DNA of 63,305 bases, filler included, from Folioceros fuciformis (taxonomy: Eukaryota): assembly GCA_049999805.1 (NCBI GenBank). It is 13 parts of 13 records of this genome, joined end to end, with 100 filler letters (N's around TTAATTAATTAA, not from the genome) between each part and the next. Parts side by side here need not be neighbours in the genome. Positions count along the whole stretch, not along the records: positions 18,941 to 23,834 come from JBNGIO010004700.1; positions 23,935 to 25,511 come from JBNGIO010004701.1; positions 25,612 to 27,651 come from JBNGIO010004702.1; positions 27,752 to 42,620 come from JBNGIO010004703.1; 9 more parts are not named here. One strand, 5' to 3'. The notes beneath the pieces were generated by a model that ran no database searches, had not been told where the DNA came from, and saw only the letters and a program-made list of their open reading frames with translations. Within the stretch, counting starts at the first letter, position 1, and each line of letters begins with the position of its first letter. Shown piece after piece: positions 23,126-34,152 of this stretch. The position numbers and the translations under genes were made by a program.

Positions 23126-23935
23126 NNNNNNNNNNNNNNNNNNNNNNNNNNNNNNNNNNNNNNNNNNNNNNNNNNNNNNNNNNNNNNNNNNNNNNNNNNN
23201 NNNNNNNNNNNNNNNNNNNNNNNNNAGAAGCCGGGTGCCCGTGGTGAGGTGAGCCGGCGTGGAATATCTCGCAGGGCCACGTGTCGAATCGAAAAGGCTG
23301 ACAGGGCGGACGTGGGTGGGGACTGTGGTGTGCGTCGGTGTGCTGGCCCACTCACTCCGCCAACGCGCCCCTTTTCATGGGCCATATTGCCCTAAATTTT
23401 TATTGTCCAGACCTGGTAAGGGCAAAGGGCAAAGGGCAATGGCAGGCAGGCAGGCAGGCAGGCAGGGCCGGGCGGATACGCGGAATTTGCCATCTCGGGT
23501 AGGCGTCCCGACCGCTTTATTTTTGGCTGACTGCATGAGGTGACAGTGAGGTCACGGGGACTGGACTGGACTGGACTCGACTCGACTCCACTCCACTCCA
23601 CTCGACTCCGCCTCCACTCGACTGCCCTTCTTCAGGTCGTGCTTCTCCCCCTTTTTTTTCTTCCCTCTCGTCTTTTCTTTGTGTGGTTGCTTCCTTCCTC
23701 CTTCCTGGCTTCCTTCCTGGTTTCCTTCCCGAATCCCCATGGCGGCATGGCCACAACTCCCCACACCCAACCCAACTCTAAACCCTTGGCAAGCCTTGCC
23801 TGCCCTTTTTTTAACCCCACCCCCCACCCCACCCNNNNNNNNNNNNNNNNNNNNNNNNNNNNNNNNNNNNNNNNNNNNTTAATTAATTAANNNNNNNNNN
23901 NNNNNNNNNNNNNNNNNNNNNNNNNNNNNNNNNNA

Positions 23936-25511
23936 ACCGAAGGTCAGACAAAGGAGCAGGCTATACAAGAACAGGAGGTAGAACAGGAGCTCGCTAATCA
24001 GAGGGTTATGGATCAAGAACTGGAAGAGCAGGGGCAAGATGAAGCAGGGTTGGAGGGGTCTCAAGATCAGACGTTAGCCGCCGAGTTAATTCCTCCCAGG
24101 CATGAGAGCGAATTAGGGCACGATTCGGCGCAAGGAGCTTTTTCCGGATGGGAAGAAATCTTCAGGAGCATTCCTCAGAAGGATAGGCTGCAGGTGGGAG
24201 ACCTGGAGAAGCTGAGGGAGTTTCTGGGCAAGCAGATTACGGCAAGGGGGATGACGGTTGGAAAGGCGCAGGAGGTGGATCTGCCAAGGCTGACTACCAC
24301 AATGGTACAAGCCCAAGCAGATTTCCTGGCCCAGGCTGCTAGGGCACTGACCTGGCTGAGTGTGCAGGCAGAATGGGAAGCCGAGGCCCGAGGGAAAGAA
24401 GCAGAGGCATACCGGAAGGAGGCTGAAGCCCAGAGGCTACTGGCAGAATCGGAGACGGCGCGGCAGCAGTTGGAGGGGAGACACCGAGTCCTGGATAAAG
24501 AGAGGGCATAGGCTGAGGAAGAGGTACGCCAGGCGAAGGCCGAGGTCCAAGCGCTAAGGGAGCAACAGGGGATCCTACTAGCTCAGGTGAGGGAGGCCCA
24601 TGAGACTAACTTGGAGATACAGCAGGAGATGGCCAAGGCGCAATAGCTGGAAATAGCAGCAGTGGAACAGGCCTAGAAGCTGGCCGACATGTACAAGCGG
24701 GAGCGAGACGAAGGTAGAGAGAGGGTGAAGGGGAAGGGTAAGGTTGGGCGCCCAAGTCAAACGGTGACCCCGGTAGCTGAAGAGGCTACCGGTAGTCGAG
24801 CAGGGGAACCGGTAATCGAGCGGACTACCGGTAGCCGAGTAGCCGCCAGGGCTACCGGTAGCCCGGCTAAGCCAAGAGTAGCCGAGGGACCAGCCCTGGG
24901 AACCAAGGAAGAAACAGCAAAGGCGCCTGAGCTTAGGCGCTCCAGGAGATTGACCCGCACCAGAAGGACAGAGCCAGAGGAAGCAACATCTGGACGGGTG
25001 AAGGACCTTCAGGTACCCCAGAAAGATGGGGAACAGACGGCCCACGGTAGTCCAAGGGAGGAAGGGGTAAGCACCTCCTTTATGACAGAAGGTCGGGTTG
25101 TGCTGCAGTATGAGGAGGAGGCTTCCTATGTGCTAGGTCTTTATGTGGAAGGGGCCAGAGTTCTTAAACTGTTTCTGTATGTATGTATGGGCACAGGAGG
25201 GACGCGGGGTTACGGCCTGCATATGAGGACCCGCAAGGGACTCTACCGCTATAGCTGGTGGGTGACAGGCCTGCCCCATTGCTACTCGAAGGCAGTTCTG
25301 GAGGAGTTGACGGAAGAAGAGGCCCAACGATGGGTAGAACGAGAGCCTGTTGCCATCCTCAGTAACCAGAGGAGGAGGGGGAACAGTAGTTCTCAGCGGC
25401 AGGTCCCACCTGTGCCGCCGCCGGACAAGTCCAGCAACAGTAGTGACGTAGAGATCTTGTGGGAAGATCTGCCCGATCAGCGGAGGGGTAGGAGAGCAAG
25501 AGGGGGAGCAG
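23936..25511 (+). pseudogene. Long unidentified coiled-coil ORF broken by three in-frame TAG codons; probably TE-associated
   Basis: ORFs 24008-24511 and 24689-end share one frame; the only interruptions are TAG at 24509, 24644 and 24674. Confidence 0.5.
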
Positions 25512-26039
25512 NNNNNNNNNNNNNNNNNNNNNNNNNNNNNNNNNNNNNNNNNNNNTTAATTAATTAANNNNNNNNNNNNNNNNNNNNNNNNNNNNNNNNN
25601 NNNNNNNNNNNCTGTCTACATAGAGAACTGAGGTGAGAGATTACTTTCTCCTTGACATCTGTGAGTGAGATGGGAGCGATGATGTCTAGACATGTGGTAA
25701 ATTCCCTTTTCATTGTTGATGGAAGAGGTATTCTACCTGGATGTATGAGAAGTCATAATCATTATGTTCTAGGTGACCTCTGAGGAGTAGTTCTTCGCTA
25801 ATTAAAAAGTAGGACACCGCAGGTCCTAAACCAGCCATAATGACAAAGGTTTTCCTGTGCCTCTTTGAGGTATTGAATCTCTCTGTTGGACCTTTGCCAT
25901 TGAAGGTATTTGGCTTTTTTTTTCTGCCTTCTTTGCAAGGCGCCTTAGCCTCTGATCACCAGGCACTAGGTCGCAATTGGCGAGGCATTATGGTGTGGCT
26001 GGTATGGATGAGATCAATGACCAGAGGGAAGGGGTCCTA

Positions 26040-26050
26040 CTCTGATACCA
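26040..26050 (-). promoter_or_regulatory. tRNA-iMet PBS next to an LTR end (TG at 26051 on +)
   Basis: Minus strand reads ...TTACA TGGTATCAGAG. Confidence 0.8.
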
Positions 26051-26641
26051 TGTAATTATCAGGATTAGATTTGCATTGAAACGCGATCGTTAAGTACAGA
26101 GGTGAAACGCTGCGAGCGTACTCGTAACCGTTCGCTTAAGTTCGACTTTTGGTATCTAGTCTGTAGACCGAAACGTGCCCTAACCTAAGCAGTAGATATG
26201 CATTAATAACAGGCCCACCTTTGATACCCTACAGTCAGTGTTTGGGCAATCAGCATGTGCACCTCCATGCTCTTCTGAAAGGCACCAGTGCTGTGCACCA
26301 GCCTTTTTCAAGCACAGCAAAGTAACATGGTCAGCAAAAATGAGGCCCTCCGGCTCTAGTCGTCCACACACAACTATTGCTTCCTGTTCAAGCAAGCCCG
26401 TGCTTGGAATACCTAGTCTCATAGCATTCCAAATGGAATATTCCACTCGCACCTCAAATGGACACCGAGATCAATGTACTCGTCGCTTCACAAATAAATC
26501 CTTCTTACAGACGGACACTTTCGAAACTTTGCCTCTAATTACAAAATAGGTGTAGATGTGACAATAATGAGCATCCATCTTAGCATTCATGTATGTATTA
26601 TTTGTAGTAGGTTTCAAAACATTCACTCATGACCATGGTGA

Positions 26642-26933
26642 TGTAGGGTTATTAAAGCCCAATGTGTTTAGAATAATGTGTTTAGTCTAAGATTAGTGTC
26701 TAGTTAAGTATCATTAGTTTAGATTAGCTTAAGCTAATCTGTAGGAAGCTTCTTGCGCAGCTTCTGTGCGCTTCTTGTGAAGCTTCCTAGGGAGCTCTTC
26801 TAGAGGGTATAAATACCCCCTTGAGCTCCCTTGCATATTAAGACTCATTGTGAGAGTGTGACCTCTCTTTCTCCTCTCCTCCTTGCCTCCTCCTCTACCT
26901 CCTTCACCATGTAGCTCCTGGAGCGATCCTTCA
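26642..26933 (+). repeat. Solo or orphan LTR of the same family as 13317-13601
   Basis: TGTAGGGTTTATTAAAGCCCAATGTG...GCGATCCTTCA, collinear with the 13317 copy; flanks GGTGA/AGTGG are an imperfect TSD or the start of a truncated PBS. Confidence 0.88.
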
Positions 26934-28512
26934 AGTGGAACAATGCACATGATATTGGAGCACCATGGACCACTGGATCAGTAACAATGTGGTTTAACTT
27001 CTTCCAAACATGGCATAAGGAAACCTTGTGGCCAAACTCCTTACACACCTAGCAAAAGGGAACGTGGTGGCTGAACTTCGTACACACTTAATAAAAGGTA
27101 ACATACGTTATCTACCTTTTTGGCTAAGGGCAGTTGGAGGCTTAGTGCCTTGGCATGTTGCTATTAAAACAACATCCTCTGGAATTAACATCAATTATTA
27201 GAACGAAGCAAACCTCCACTGCCCTACTAAGGTTGGTCGTACACTATGGAATTAATAAATTGGGACTATCTGAAGTCTCTCTCTGTGTACAGTCGGCCGA
27301 AGTTGTTACAATTATTGTATTATTAATTTTTAATGTTTGATTTGCTCTTTGATTTTAGATTGTGGAAGTGGCAAGGCCAAAGTCTATTGCGGTAGCCATT
27401 AACCAAGTCTTAGAGCTTGTGAAAGAAGCTAAACTGGTTATAGGTCTAAAAGGGAAGGATCATTATCGAAGAAAACTCTAGAGAGGACTTCGACTAGGGT
27501 GTGCATGACCAGAGGAGTTATGTCAGATTGACAACTAAGGCAACAACAAGCATAAGGAGGACACTTTTTTTTTCTCCTTCTTTTTCTTCTTCCTCCTCCC
27601 ACCAGCCCCTCCCTCTTCTTGTCTGTACACAGGTTGGCTGGTTCTTCATAGNNNNNNNNNNNNNNNNNNNNNNNNNNNNNNNNNNNNNNNNNNNNTTAAT
27701 TAATTAANNNNNNNNNNNNNNNNNNNNNNNNNNNNNNNNNNNNNNNNNNNNCCATCTGCAACGCACTGTGCTACCCACTTTGTAGTGAAAATTCCCATGG
27801 TCACTGCAGTCCACAGGGAGGGACAATCTGTAAGGTCAACTCCCTCTATTGGTCCATTTGCAAGTACGACACAATCTGCAAGGTCTACTTACAAGAGCAC
27901 CGCATCTTACCACACCGCCATTTGCAAGTTTCGCTATACCTGTGAAGGTCTAGGGTGCCTTCAACTACTACCTCGCCATCCTCAAATAACCCTTGCACCA
28001 GCTGCCGAGCAATCTAATGCCTCTACGGAGAAAGTGCAAACCAATACCCGTATACGCCCCATGAGGTGGAGGGTGAAGTGTGAAAGAATGACAGTGCATG
28101 CAGAAAGATTATGAATGATGAAGAAAGAAAGTAAAAACCCTTAGATCACTAAAAAGGTAGAAACCCTTAGATCACTGAAGTAATAATCATACAAGAAAAA
28201 AAGAACTTCATACCCTATGGCAGCTTGTGATGTGACGTGGAGCCCTAAAATCTGTATATATTTGAAAGATTTCATGGAATATTCGATTAAACATATGGAG
28301 ACATTTAATAAACTTACGTATCAAAAAATCTGTAGCTCGGACCTAATACAGGTAAACGTATGGAGAAATGTTTTTCTAGATCTATCTCGGGAGTGCGATT
28401 TTAGGGCTTGGGGCAACGTTCACCGGAGAAACAAGGGAGCAACTGCGCCATCGAGAGGAGTTCACGCGGACTTGCGGAAGCGGCAGGGGCAGGTGTGGGG
28501 TTGACTGAAGCT

Positions 28513-28887
28513 ATGGCAGCTATTAGCCTTCGGAGGGGAAACGCGCGGCTTCCCCCTGAAGTGAACAGAGTGTTGTATGTGAGGAATTTGCCTTTCAACA
28601 TATCTTCGGACGAGATGTACGATATCTTCGGCAAGTATGGAGCCATTCGACAGATTCGGATAGGCTGTAACAAGGATACCAGAGGCACGGCTTTCGTTGT
28701 GTACGAGGACATCTATGATGCCAAGAACGCAGTCGATCACTTGTCCGGCTTCAATGTTGCAAATAGGTATTTGATAGTTTTGTACTACCAGCAGGCGAAG
28801 ATGACGAAGAAGATCGACCAGAGGAAGAAGGAGGAAGAGATTACCAAGCTGCAGGAGAAATATGGAGTCTCAACGAAGGAAAAATGA
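28513..28887 (+). CDS. SF3B6: Splicing factor 3B subunit 6 (SF3b14/p14), RRM protein, 124 aa
   Basis: [51 protein letters not shown]...[36 protein letters not shown]. Confidence 0.97.
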   Translation: MAAISLRRGNARLPPEVNRVLYVRNLPFNISSDEMYDIFGKYGAIRQIRIGCNKDTRGTAFVVYEDIYDAKNAVDHLSGFNVANRYLIVLYYQQAKMTKKIDQRKKEEEITKLQEKYGVSTKEK

Positions 28888-29046
28888 GTTTCGGGCGCGT
28901 CAGGAAACTTCATTACTTTTGCAGTTTCTAGTCGAGGAGCTGCTCTTCGGTTCCGGAGTTGGCGGTTAATGATGCAAAGCTAGCCTTTTGAAACTGCCTT
29001 AGGCTTCCTTGAGGACATCACGTTGCAGACTCTTCTCAAATAGTGT

Positions 29047-29521
29047 CCAACAGTGGAATTGTAAATTGTAGGAAGGTTGAGGAAAGTGTGTGTCAAAAGC
29101 TCAAGCTCTGGTAGACAAGAACATGAGCCATCCAACATGCAAGTTTTCAACCCCTTCCAACANNNNNNNNNNNNNNNNNNNNNNNNNNNNNNNNNNNNNN
29201 NNNNNNNNNNNNNNNNNNNNNNNNNNNNNNNNNNNNNNNNNNNNNNNNNNNNNNNNNNNNNNCAAGAACATGAGCCATCCAACATGCAAGTTTTCAACCC
29301 CTTCCAACAGTGGAATTGTAATTTGTAGGAAGGTTGAGGAAAGTGTGTGTCAAAAGCTCAAGCTCTGATAGGCAAGAACATGAGCCATCCAACATGCAAG
29401 TTTTCAACCCCTTCCAACAGTGGAATTGTAATTTGTAGGAAGGTTGAGGAAAGTGTATGTCAAAAGCTCAAGCTCTGATAGGCAAGAACATGAGCCATCC
29501 AACACGCAAGTTTACAACCCC
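29047..29521. repeat. 110-bp tandem repeat (at least 3 copies, spans a gap)
   Basis: CTTCCAACAGTGGAATTG recurs at 29301 and 29411; another copy begins near 29047. Confidence 0.92.
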
Positions 29522-29635
29522 TAGCGTCACTCCCATGCAACTCTCGCTTTGAATTCAAGTGGGTGCCAATGACTCGGTAACCTGAACAGGACTTCCAATT
29601 ACTGGACACCTGAACACATTGGAAGTCCCTGGGCA

Positions 29636-30022
29636 TCACTTAATCAAGCCTTCTACTTTCTTCTCAACGTCAGCTTCATGGTCTTCCAGGCGGCCAACAA
29701 CCTGGCCTTCATGCCAGCGAATGAGCGTGGGTACGCCCTTGAGTCGAAATCGAGGATCTTGCCTCCAAGGATTGTTGGGGTTGCGCCATGAGAGCCGGTC
29801 GCCAACGTATGTCCGCACCAGGGTCATATCCTTGGGGCTCTGCTCCAGCACCTTGTAGATGACCGGCTCCGCCCGCACGCAATCAGGGCACCAGCTATGG
29901 CCGATTGAAGGATCCCTATCTCCCAGAAATAGCAGCAGCAGCGTACCAGGGCCTTGCACTTCGGCGACCGTCAACACCTGATCAAAATCATCCGCGCTCG
30001 CGTCCAGTATGGCTGCCGGCAT
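29636..30022 (-). CDS. TXNDC17: Thioredoxin-like protein Clot / TXNDC17 (TRP14)
   Basis: LLFLGDRDPSIGHSWCPDCVRAEPVI...YVGDRLSWRNPNNPWR...GVPTLIRW; WCPDC active site; start at 30022 or 30055. Confidence 0.93.
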   Translation of the reverse strand: MPAAILDASADDFDQVLTVAEVQGPGTLLLLFLGDRDPSIGHSWCPDCVRAEPVIYKVLEQSPKDMTLVRTYVGDRLSWRNPNNPWRQDPRFRLKGVPTLIRWHEGQVVGRLEDHEADVEKKVEGLIK

Positions 30023-30581
30023 CGCTCCTTCCCTGCAAGGCACCGGCCCTACCATTCACGAATTCGAGACGTAGGTGTAACGAGGACACGAAACTTGCTA
30101 TGACCTGAGCGTAGCTAACACCACATGCCAAGTGTCAGTTAACACCCGTTGCGCACATTCCGAAAGGGAACTCAGGGCCAAGAACTGAAGATGGAAAAGA
30201 AAATCGCCGAGGAACCCTGGAGCCCCAAGTCCTCACAACTGAACGCGATACAGAGGTAATATATTTACATACAAGATGGCTGCCAAATCTGAGAGCAGGC
30301 ACTACTTCCTGGTATGAACTGCTTGGTGAAGCGAGGCCTCGACCAGTCATCCTACTCTAGGAGAGTGCGGTCTGATAAGTTAGCCGATGACAATGCAAAC
30401 ACTGGCAACTGTACAGCACTACTCTCCACCACAACTAACCAGCACTGGCAGCAACCTGCAAATTGCATCCAGGTCAAATTCCTGCAAGGACGTTGTGGAC
30501 AGCAAGAATGCTCTCAGACCATGCTACTTCCACAAATCCGAGAAAGGTGTTAGTGGTCAAAAACGAAGGTGGGATGGTTGG

Positions 30582-30925
30582 TCAGCCCTCTACCACGCTG
30601 CTGCTACATCTCCAGAACATGGCTGCTCTTCGCTCTTCGAAAGAATACTCCTCATACTGCAGTGGAGTCGCATTCTCTACATCTACTACTGGGTCAGGAT
30701 GATTCGTCGGCGTTGCAGGAACCGGACTCTTCTTGGGCATGATCTTGCTAGAGCTGGTTCCCAAATTCGACCTATTTATACCATCTTCTGACGGCTGTGG
30801 ATTCAACCTGGCAGGACTTCCAATTACTGGGGAGAGTGGCTGCCGAACTGCCTGCACCACGAGTGGAGCACCTCCTTCTCTCTGAAGCACCTGTGAGCCA
30901 ACAATTTGTGGCGAACGAGATCCAC
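30582..30925 (-). CDS. MAP65: Predicted alternative terminal exon of MAP65 (MAP65-3/PLEIADE-type tail)
   Basis: Donor CAG|GTGGGT at 31207/31206 joins in frame (phase 1) to acceptor TTTTGTAG|GT at 30926/30925; the exon encodes VRQPLSPV and EEYSFEERRAAMF. Confidence 0.75.
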
Positions 30926-31171
30926 CTACAAAATTTTGAGCACCGTGCAAGGATCAAGAACTGACGGCGGCAGAAGAGCAAACGAGGAGCTTGGAGAGTT
31001 AGGAAGGGGACAAACAAGCAAGCAGACAGGCACTAAGTTCTACGAAGCTATGCTCTCGGCACCTGTACCTCAAGGTCAATCTCCTACAGTCATTCTGCAG
31101 CAACAGTGCTTGCGAAGCTGTGTACTATGCAAAGAAGATTATACCAGAGTTCTGGTCGAGGTCGAAGGAGG

Positions 31172-34152
31172 TTATCCTGCTTGAGGGGAAGTGGGGTCAG
31201 ACCCACCTGCTGATCCAAGTGAGACTGTGTCATCCTTGCAGAGCGCCACATAATTGACAGGAGCGGCTGGTCGAGGTCGATCCTTCTTGGTGTCTTTGCC
31301 ATTCACGGAGCCAAGTCGAGAAGGAGTTACCCCATTGACACGAGGTAATAACATATCTGGTGTCCCTGGTTGACCAATGGCTCCACTTAATGTGAGACGG
31401 CGGTTGGCAGGAGTTCCTGCGGTCGGAGTGCTTCCATTGGCCCGCAGCCCTCCACCTTTTTTCACACTGATAGCCTTCCCAGGACTAGGCCTAGACCCAA
31501 AATAAGTTTCTTGCTCGTTCATGAATTGCTCCTGAAGACGTTTTTGGTCCTGCAGGAGCCCGAAAGACCGGGTCAGCCAGTTGTCAACAGTAGCCCCCAT
31601 TCCATCCTGGCAGTAGAAACTGGTTCACATAATTACCCGGAGCCGTCTCTTTTCTTCCTCCTTCTCCTGGCGCAGAAAATTGTACTCGTCCAGCATAGAC
31701 AACAACGGCACCTGCAATGCACCCACATAAACTTGTCAACGACAGGAAAAGAACCACCAGTAAAAGAATAACTCCGTGGGTGTCAAGTCACGTACTCCAT
31801 CATACAGAAAAGGTGAGCCATGCTCATCCTCCCATGCTCTAGTTCTTGACGTCAGGGACTCCACCAAAGCTAAAAAACAAAGCCAGCCACGAGTAAAGAT
31901 AAGAGGACCACGGGAATAAAAAATCAGACAAGGACGGCAGGAGAACCTCTCCACGTACCAGGAAGCTTGATGAGTGTAGCACGAGCCCGCTCAGCCCGTT
32001 TAAGACTGATGTGTGCACCCTTGCTGGCGTTATACCGATTTTCATCCTGAGAGGGAAAAAAAAAAAAAAAAGTGGCAGGACACGGTTGAGTNNNNNNNNN
32101 NNNNNNNNNNNNNNNNNNNNNNNNNNNNNNNNNNNNNNNNNNNNNNNNNNNNNNNNNNNNNNNNNNNNNNNNNNNNNNNNNNNNNNNNNNNACACGGTTG
32201 AGTATAGCTTAAAAAAAGCGGGTCCTGAAGTTTTGCGCGAAAAAAACGAAGCCCACCTTGTTGTAGTCCTCTAGCCAGCTTTCTTCTTCACAAGCCAGCA
32301 GCCATTTCTCCATCTTGTCCATGATCTCCCTCCTGGCATATGCTTCCTCCTTTGCCTTTGCGATCTGCTCCTCTATACTTCCGAGAAGCTGGGCAGCGTC
32401 CACCATCCCTTCACAAGGCATGAACAGAACAGACGGCTCAGTAAGGACATGTTTCGAAGAGATGACTGAAAGTTAATGCACTGAGGACGCAAAGTTACCA
32501 GAGTCGATCAGGGCATTCGTCTTCTCAGGAGCTGTGCTGGAATCAGGTTCCATGTGTGCCCTTCTACAGATCTCTTCCAGCTCTGTCCGCTTCTTCAATA
32601 CTAGTTCCTTCATCTTGCTTGACTTCAACGTATCTAGCCTCTCAACCTCCACTTCCGCCTGACGAGAAGGGGCATGCCACCGAAAAAGAATCAGCCATAG
32701 AAAAATCCCCGAAGCGAACGGCCATACTCTGCAACAAGGCAGTTATAACGCAACTACAAGAGAGTCAAACCTGCTCAATGACATCCAACGAAAGAGCACC
32801 AGGAGCATGAATCTCGGACTCCGACGCAGCAATGTTGCATGTCACGTGCTGGAACATCTGTTGCTCTTCAGCAGGGGTGTCCATCAGGTTCCACAGCTCA
32901 ATCATTGCCGCGCCTAAATCTTGAAGCTGGAGAGTATGAGAAAGAGCGACATTAGAGGAGGAACATCATCGTCCCATGGCAAGGAGAGAAGCTGTCAGGA
33001 GCATGGAGTTCACCTTCTGCATACGTTGCTTCTTCTCATTTTGCAACTGATGGATAGCCCTGGCCAGTCTTTCAAGAGTCTCATTGCTGATACTTTTAGA
33101 TTGCCCACCTGCGGACTCGTCTAAGCTGGGGTGAATCTCCGTCACCGTGTGAAAGAAATCCATCCCAAGCACAGCGCATAGTTCGTGTATAGAGTTGATG
33201 TATTCCAGGACCTTATGCAGCCGATCACTCTGCGGAAGCGAGCAAACAGAGCTCAGGCGCAGACATGAGCGCTGAAACCAACAAGTAGACGTTCAACGGC
33301 GAGCGCGCACAAGGGAACCTGCTCCTCAACCTCACCTTCTCCTTCTGCAAAGCCTGCAGCTGGGCATGATACTCATCCAGCCTCCTGAGAGACAAGTCCG
33401 GATCACCATTGGGAAACAATCCAGAGTCCGCACCAGCGCCAGCTATCTCTCCAAGAATCTTTCGAATCTGTGCCTTGACATCCGCGAACTGCCGGTACCG
33501 CTCTTCACGCTTCTGCCGCAGTTCCTCCAATTGCGGCGAGATAGCAGCAAGCTGCTCCTTCAATGTGCCAGGCCGCTTCTCCGCCTACAATGCGGAAAAC
33601 AGCGAAGAAACGTGAGACCGCCGACCGAAGACTGCTGTCCGCCGTCGCGGGAACAGGAGAGTGCAATGCTGCACCACACAGCGTCACCTACGCTCCTCCT
33701 CCTCTCAAGAACCCGCCCGAACCAAGCAACGAGGCGCCTAGGAAGCACAGCAAACTCGGCGCCTAGTCAAAGGCGGGTGTGAGAAACGGCTCACCCTTGC
33801 AGCAGCTCCAGGCCGGTCCCCTAGCGAGGAGAAAAGCGCAGCCAACTCCGACTCCGCATCAGCGAGGGCCTGGTGCAGACGAGCCCGGGCGTGAGAGGCA
33901 TTGTCAACTTTCCTCCTGTACACCTCCAAGCATTCCTGCTCCAGCTGCAGGAGCATCTTGTCCCGCTCCGAGTCGTTCTCTCCTACTTCGTCCCAGATAA
34001 GCTGGACCAGGCGCACGCACACCACAGCGTTAGAAAGCGCAGAGCAGAGAGCAGCACAGGGGGCCGACTACAAGCCGCACCAAACTCGCGCAACGAACCT
34101 GCAACTCCCGCAGCAAAGAGCCGCACGTGGTGTCCACCTGCGGCTGCGCCAT
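31172..34152 (-). CDS. MAP65: Microtubule-associated protein MAP65 (Ase1/PRC1 family), 11 exons, short-tail form
   Basis: GT-AG exons with consistent phase: 34099-34152, 33795-34001, 33336-33584, 33014-33229, 32771-32926, 32499-32658, 32257-32408, 31959-32046, 31796-31869, 31637-31711, 31172-31549. Motifs [69 protein letters not shown]. Confidence 0.95.

Noticed and set aside
22660-23395. PolyQ/polyA/polyC/polyS ORFs
   Set aside because: These are translations of the (CAG)n microsatellite and the N gap; no recognisable domain.
24509-24676. TAG read-through, alternative genetic code or U-to-C editing
   Set aside because: TAG serves as a normal stop elsewhere (e.g. the CCR kinase), plant U-to-C editing is organellar, and deamination is the simpler explanation.
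26180-26549. Small ORFs next to the PBS/LTR and exon-like pieces at 26940-27500
   Set aside because: No recognisable motif and stops in the plausible frames.
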